Of a DNA stretch of 54,584 nucleotides, positions 49,174-54,584 are shown piece by piece. The notes under the pieces were generated by a model. The model did not search any database, was not told the origin of the DNA, and saw only the letters and a program-made list of their open reading frames with translations. Origin of the DNA: Folioceros fuciformis (lineage: Eukaryota); assembly GCA_049999805.1 (NCBI GenBank), contig JBNGIO010006281.1:244210-298793 (forward strand), read 5' to 3'. The translations under genes and the position numbers were made by a program. Each line of letters starts with the position of its first letter. The stretch's first letter is position 1.

Positions 49174-51561
49174 GGTCCTTTCCTGCCAGTTTTGTGTGAG
49201 TAGGCTGCGGTAATCGTTTATGAAGGTCACACAAGCATGCACGGCAGTCTATGGTAGTGAGGTATGGAGAGGGAAGAGGGAGAAGGGAGGGGGGATGGCT
49301 TATCCCCAACACTGCCATGAGGATGTAACGGAGAAGACTGGATCTGGGCCGTTTTCCAGTGGTGAGGTTGGAGGTACAAGAGTTGGCGGTATCCATCCTC
49401 CATCCTGGTAGGAGGCGTATTAGTTTGTTACTGCTTATACAATGCTTCAATGCAGCGGGCCCAGCATTGAGCTGTGTATGGTAGTGACCATATTCCAGCA
49501 CGGCAGCACGCACGCACGGACGCACAGGTGAGGCCAAGAGCTGCGGCGGAAGAGTCGAGGGGAGCAAGCGTGTGTGCCGGGCAATTTTACTCTTTTTACG
49601 GTATGATAATATCACCCAGAGCCGCTCTCTGGGTTGTTTCTTAATAGCTAAGCCAAGCTATGGCATCCGGGGACTGTCACATCACGACGACAAGAGAAGC
49701 AGGCAGCAGAGGAGAGCGAAGAGCAGCAGCAGAAGAGTGTGCCATTGCTGAGACGAGAACGGGTCTGTGAGCCAATTTTTTTGATAACGTTCTAGAGAGG
49801 CTTTGGGCGGGGGGCTAGTGGCCCGGGTTGTGGCAGCACAGCTCCGAAGCCGAGGTGTCTGCCCAGACAAGTTTTGCAGTTGTAGGAGGAGGAAGATGGA
49901 CGAGGTGGCGTGTGCTGCTGGTTTTGCAGCAGCCGCCCCTTGTCTTAAAAGTATTTTGTGTAGTATAGGCGCGAGATATTGATAGATACCTGTGCCCTCT
50001 TGTAATACAGGGCAAAGTGAGATTATTCCCCACCTTTGGTCTCCCTACAATAAATTGCGATCTTGACGTACACAGATACATCCATGAGTTACACACACTC
50101 TCGCACACTCTCACATACATGCGATTACATGCGCGTACATGCTCAGGAATCAGTTTGACTGGGCAGAGCTGGTGTTGAACTCGTTCATGCCTTGTCCCTT
50201 GTGCAGTTTTGTCTGACCTGTGCGCTGGCGGTCATGTGAAGCGAGCTGGTGGTGCAAGCAAAGTGACAGAGCAGCAGAAGGCGACGGCAGCGCAGGGAGG
50301 AGGACGAAGAAGGTGGGGAAGAAGACAGGACCGGATGATCGGATGGTCGGATGGGATGGGATGGGACGGGATGCGATCATCCGCTGGCCCTGAATCTGTG
50401 CTGTGGGTGAGGTAAAGTGAAGTGATGGGGGCAGGGCAGAGGCAGTATATACAGCAGCGTGTACCAGCGATCCAGTTGCTGGGCCGGGGATTCTCATCCG
50501 TTGGTCGGGAAGCCGGAAGCGTCCACAGAAAGGAAGGATTGCGCGGGCATGCATGTCAAACACGTACTTGAGCGGCCTGGCTCCGGTTCCGGCCCTGGAC
50601 AGGCCTTCTGCTAGGCCCGGGTCGGGCCGGGCCGAGACCCATATGATTGAGAGAGTAATAGGGGAATCATGGGCTGGAGCCGGAACAGGGACAGGGACCG
50701 AGGCCGAGGTCCGGAGGTGGTAGAAAGAAATGAGGTGAGCATGAAGGAGAAAGAATAAGAGAATACATACACACATACGGCTACAGCTACCACTACGGCT
50801 ACGGCTACGGCTACAGGGAAAGGGGATAAAAAACAAACATGGCAATGATCAAGGAGAGCGGCGAGCAGCCATCGCCGCTTCTCCGTCCTATGACGTTCCG
50901 TTCCGCTAATCCTTTTCCTATCCTTTGCCAGTCCACTCCCAGCCATGATGCCGTGCCGCTAACCGCCTTAGCGCCCGCCCCTTCACTCATTGGCTTGTTT
51001 AACCAACAACCATCATCAGCGCGCAGTGGCTCACTCGCCTCCCCTCGCCACCATAATGCCATGCCGTGCTGTGCCACCGCTTCTTTGCGCCGCTTCTTCG
51101 GCGCCAGGAGTCACAGGATACTTGTCGGGAGAAGGCGGGACCCGCCAGCCCTCCCCTCTGCCATTCCTCTCCTCCCCTCCCCTCCCGCCCTCTCCCCCGC
51201 CCCGGCTCGGCCCGATCGTGAACGCAACCAAGGCCGGAATGGACTTGTCAACGCCCACATGCCGCGCCTGTGATTGGGCCGTTAACGCCACCACTTTCGC
51301 ACCGCCGGAGCCGGAAGCGGAACAGTAACCGCTCGCTAGCAACAGGCGGACACAACGGGAGGAGAAGGAGTCTGTTTCGGGGCTTGGGGCAAACGAAATC
51401 CCGTCTCGCTGTCACTCTTAGTCATGACTCTCAGCAGGTGCCGACACCTCAGCTAGCCTGGCGCTGGCACCTGACCCTCACCCTCTCACCCTGGCCCCCG
51501 CCTAACCTGCATGCCCGATTCCTACACTCCATGGACCTGGCTCATCTCAACGGAAGAACTG

Positions 51562-53651
51562 TTACAGCGGAATTGGCGTCGCCACGCAGGAGATGTGGAA
51601 AGCCGGGACCGCGTCCGCCGCGGACTCGTCCGGCTTCCGATGCAGCAGCCAGTATGGACGGACCAGCGGCGGCAGCAGCACGTCGGTTGGTGGGTCGCGG
51701 GCCAGAAGTCGCTGGCAAGTACTGCACGCCGCCCCGTGTTGGTTAGTTAGGTGGCCCTTTTCCGTAACCACACACATCTTTAAGCACTACGCTCTGCTTG
51801 CGGAGTGCAGGAAACTTACCAGCAGGGCTTTGAGAACAGCGAGCGATACCAAGACAGCCACCTCTGCACCACCCAAGCACTCTCAGTCACTCCACCATCA
51901 CTGCCAACACAGGGACAAGACAACAACATTTCGCTCCCCTGCGCCCACTAACACTAATGTGCCACGTACTACAACCAGAAACCAGTACCAGGAGTAGCTC
52001 CAGCGATGAATCCTTGTCGTGCCGCCTGAAGTAGTGCAGTGCATTCACCCCCAAGTCCTGCGAACCATCACACACAGCCTGTCTCTTCAGCAATGCCGTG
52101 CATAGCAGACACTGCTTCCAGCATGATGGTCTGTCATGTCCATGTACACTTACAGAGAGTCTTTGAAATAGCGCGTGCTGTGATACTCCCCATACATGCA
52201 CCTGGCTCCCAACCTTAACAAACGTAACCAGTGTCAAGTTAGAACAAAGGTGAGTGGAGGAAACACACTTAGCCTTCTCGTCCTACCGTTAGCCAGCCAC
52301 GTCTCAACTGAGAGCGTTTGGGCTGAGATCAGGCCGAGATATACCTCGTCCCCGGCGAAGATGGCCATGGCATCAGGATAGACAGAGCCTGCGGGCAGGA
52401 GGGATATGACGGCCCTTGCTGCCACACCAATCTTCACATCCAGGATTGCAACCTTTTCAAACCACGTGGCCTTGGATTCACCATCACTGGCATGGTTACT
52501 GCTCCACGGGCCGGAGGTTGATTGCAGGCTCTCCAGTTTCACAGCAGGAAGATTGCCGTCTCCAACAGCGCCAGGACCACTCCTCACACCACCTTGCCTG
52601 ACCCATTCTAGCCTTTGCAACGGAGTGACTGTGATGCCTGGAGCTTCGCTTTTCATGCGCTTCAGCAAGTCTGCCAGACTGGAACCAACACTCGATGCTT
52701 CGGTATCCTCTTCCTTCTTGCATACTGGCCTCTCCTCATAACAAGCAACTCTCTTAAAGCGAGGGAACAAACGTTTCCTTTGCTCCTCGAATGACTTCAC
52801 AGCTAACCTGGATCAGCAGCCAGAAAGAATCTCATACACATGTCTCGTCCTTTCACTTTTTCACAGGTCTCTTGCAACAACACGCTTTTTGTCAACTAGG
52901 TTCTGCAAAAATTACAACAAATGACATGACAAGGCTGTGAAAATTTTACCTGCTCCTGTCAACTGCTGTGGCAGCTGCTTGACCAGCGATGTGCCGCTTC
53001 CATGCATATGCTCCTGTAGCACCATCCGTGCATATCAGCTGTGTTTTGGAGTCCCAAGGTTGGTGATGGTTATACCTCTGCACGGCTCCTGCAAGGAGTC
53101 CTGCTGCTTCCAACTCCTTCACTGAAAACATAGCACTGAGGGGTCAGGCAAGCTATCACAAACCAGAAATCAACCTAACCCTAGACCTTCCCAGGTGCAT
53201 CCCAGCTGGGGTTGGCTTTTCCGACTGCCAATTGTTCATGGCAACAAACAGACAAGGAGATTTGCTTCTTACCCTTGGCTTTCAACAACTGAAAGCTCCT
53301 GTCAACAGAATGGAATGCTGAATCCACCTCTTCTCTGCTCCTGCCATAGGGGACCCTGGTGTATTCGTCAAAACACTCGAGGATAAGGGCTGAGTCAGCT
53401 CGGATGCTGGAAATGACACGGATAGCCGAGCTCAAGCCTTCCTGAGCATTGGCGAGCTGCATCGGAGGCGCATGATCTCGATCTTGCGAGCTAACGGGGC
53501 TCACTGCCACGGAGGCTGCTGGCTGTGGTACGTCAGTCACCGGATCCGGCTGATCCACCGATGAGAACAAAGGTGAAGCCCGTGGCCCGAAAAATCCATT
53601 ACTCGGTGATGACTGAGCCGGACTGCCAAGCTGCAGACTCGATTGTTGCAT
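51562..53651 (-). CDS. MED27: Mediator of RNA polymerase II transcription subunit 27. 7 exons: 53651-53273, 53121-52950, 52807-52345, 52213-52154, 52057-51989, 51863-51820, 51721-51562
   Basis: The spliced product has LICTDGATGAYAWKRHIAGQAAATAVDRSRLAVKSFEEQRKRLFP, KVAIL...RAVISLLPAGSVYPDAMAIF..DE and WLSWYRSLFSKPCCTCQRLLA..LLPPL.RPY...AFHISC, all as in plant MED27. Introns are GT-AG and in phase. The start codon is the first plausible ATG and is uncertain. Confidence 0.88.
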
Positions 53652-54584
53652 CGCGCATAGATCCAAGCTCCCGCCAAGCTCACATGCCGTTAATAGCCTG
53701 TTCAGGCCAATTCAATTTTCTCAGACCTCAAAACACCTTTATATGTATTAGATGCTCGAGGCTGGTGCCAGGTATGGCCCTTGCCGGACCTTCGTTTTCG
53801 GGACGAGAGAGCCCTGAGATGAGTTATACTGTATGGGGGACAGCTCGGAATCCCTCCGAAGTTTGGACATGTGCATTGATGGTCATGGACATGATGGTGT
53901 CCAAAGCAGGGAAACCATGTAGGACAGAGGAAACCAAGGGAGCAACGTGCATACATACGCAATTGGCCTTTTGTATGACCTTGTCCCCAAGTGGCACACC
54001 CGGTGTCTTGTTAGATGTCGTTACAAGCTTTCAGCTGTTTCTGCGGATTCCATGTGCGCGAGGAGCAAATTGAGTCAAAAGATTAGGTTGAAACGAGGAT
54101 CAGATCCCTCCCGCAGCCCCAAGTGCGATGATGGAGCTGCGTTGCATCGCTGGATAGCATCATATTCTGTGTGCGCTAACCGGACGATCAAATTCCTGCG
54201 GAATACATGTTCCGAGGGACAAGAGCATCCTCATCGGGGAGGGCTCTAGAGAATAGTGTCAGAGTCAAGGTGTACCTCGTCGTGCGTGAGAACGGCTCGA
54301 TGCCGGTCTATGGTAGTTTCCTGTCCGCTGTCGGTACCTTGGTGTACCGGTTCCTGGTGTCGCGTCTCTTCTCCCTTCGGAGATGTTGCCCTGCCCCACC
54401 TTGGCTTGCCTCTTAAACAAGACCGATTTTTGACAGGATGGCCTTTGCCTTTGCTGCCTTTCGTCCAAGTAAGTGGAGCATTCCCACCTCACCAGGATAG
54501 ACGCTGGTTTGGCTCTGTCAGCAGATTCTGATTCCCCACCAGCCCGTCGGGTCGGAAGAAGCAAGCGGAAGGTACAATTCATGC

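Noticed and set aside
53700-54584. ORFs at the right edge of the window (e.g. 53525-54073 plus strand)
   Set aside because: No recognisable motifs or convincing exon structure; may be the MED27 upstream region or part of a gene outside the window.

Overview
This is eukaryotic nuclear DNA from a non-seed land plant, most plausibly a hornwort. That call is an inference from the PLS-class PPR gene with a 'PGxSWWTD' box, the ~100-bp GT-AG introns and the GC-rich microsatellite-laden intergenic DNA. Six host genes can be reconstructed: FAB1/PIKfyve (11 exons, 349-7189), a PLS-E PPR editing factor with a truncated DYW:WW-type tail (22569-25070), an intronless SEC6 (minus strand), NADP-isocitrate dehydrogenase (15 exons), a CRF-type AP2/ERF factor (47233-49173) and MED27 (7 exons, minus strand). 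Between FAB1 and the PPR gene lies a ~13.5-kb decayed mobile-DNA island. It holds an intron-containing pseudogene for a ParB/Srx-like domain fused to a beta-class amino (N4C/N6A) DNA methyltransferase. Facing away from it are a Sola-like DDD transposase pseudogene and a second gene sharing its C-terminal PWWP/Tudor-like module, with LTR-retroelement debris in between. This possible methyltransferase-carrying DNA transposon is the most novel candidate system. Other highlights are an IDH gene with an N-terminal transit peptide, a cytosolic-type start and a C-terminal SKL, and a probable conserved-peptide uORF overlapping the CRF start. All family assignments come from motif recognition by eye; no database search was run.
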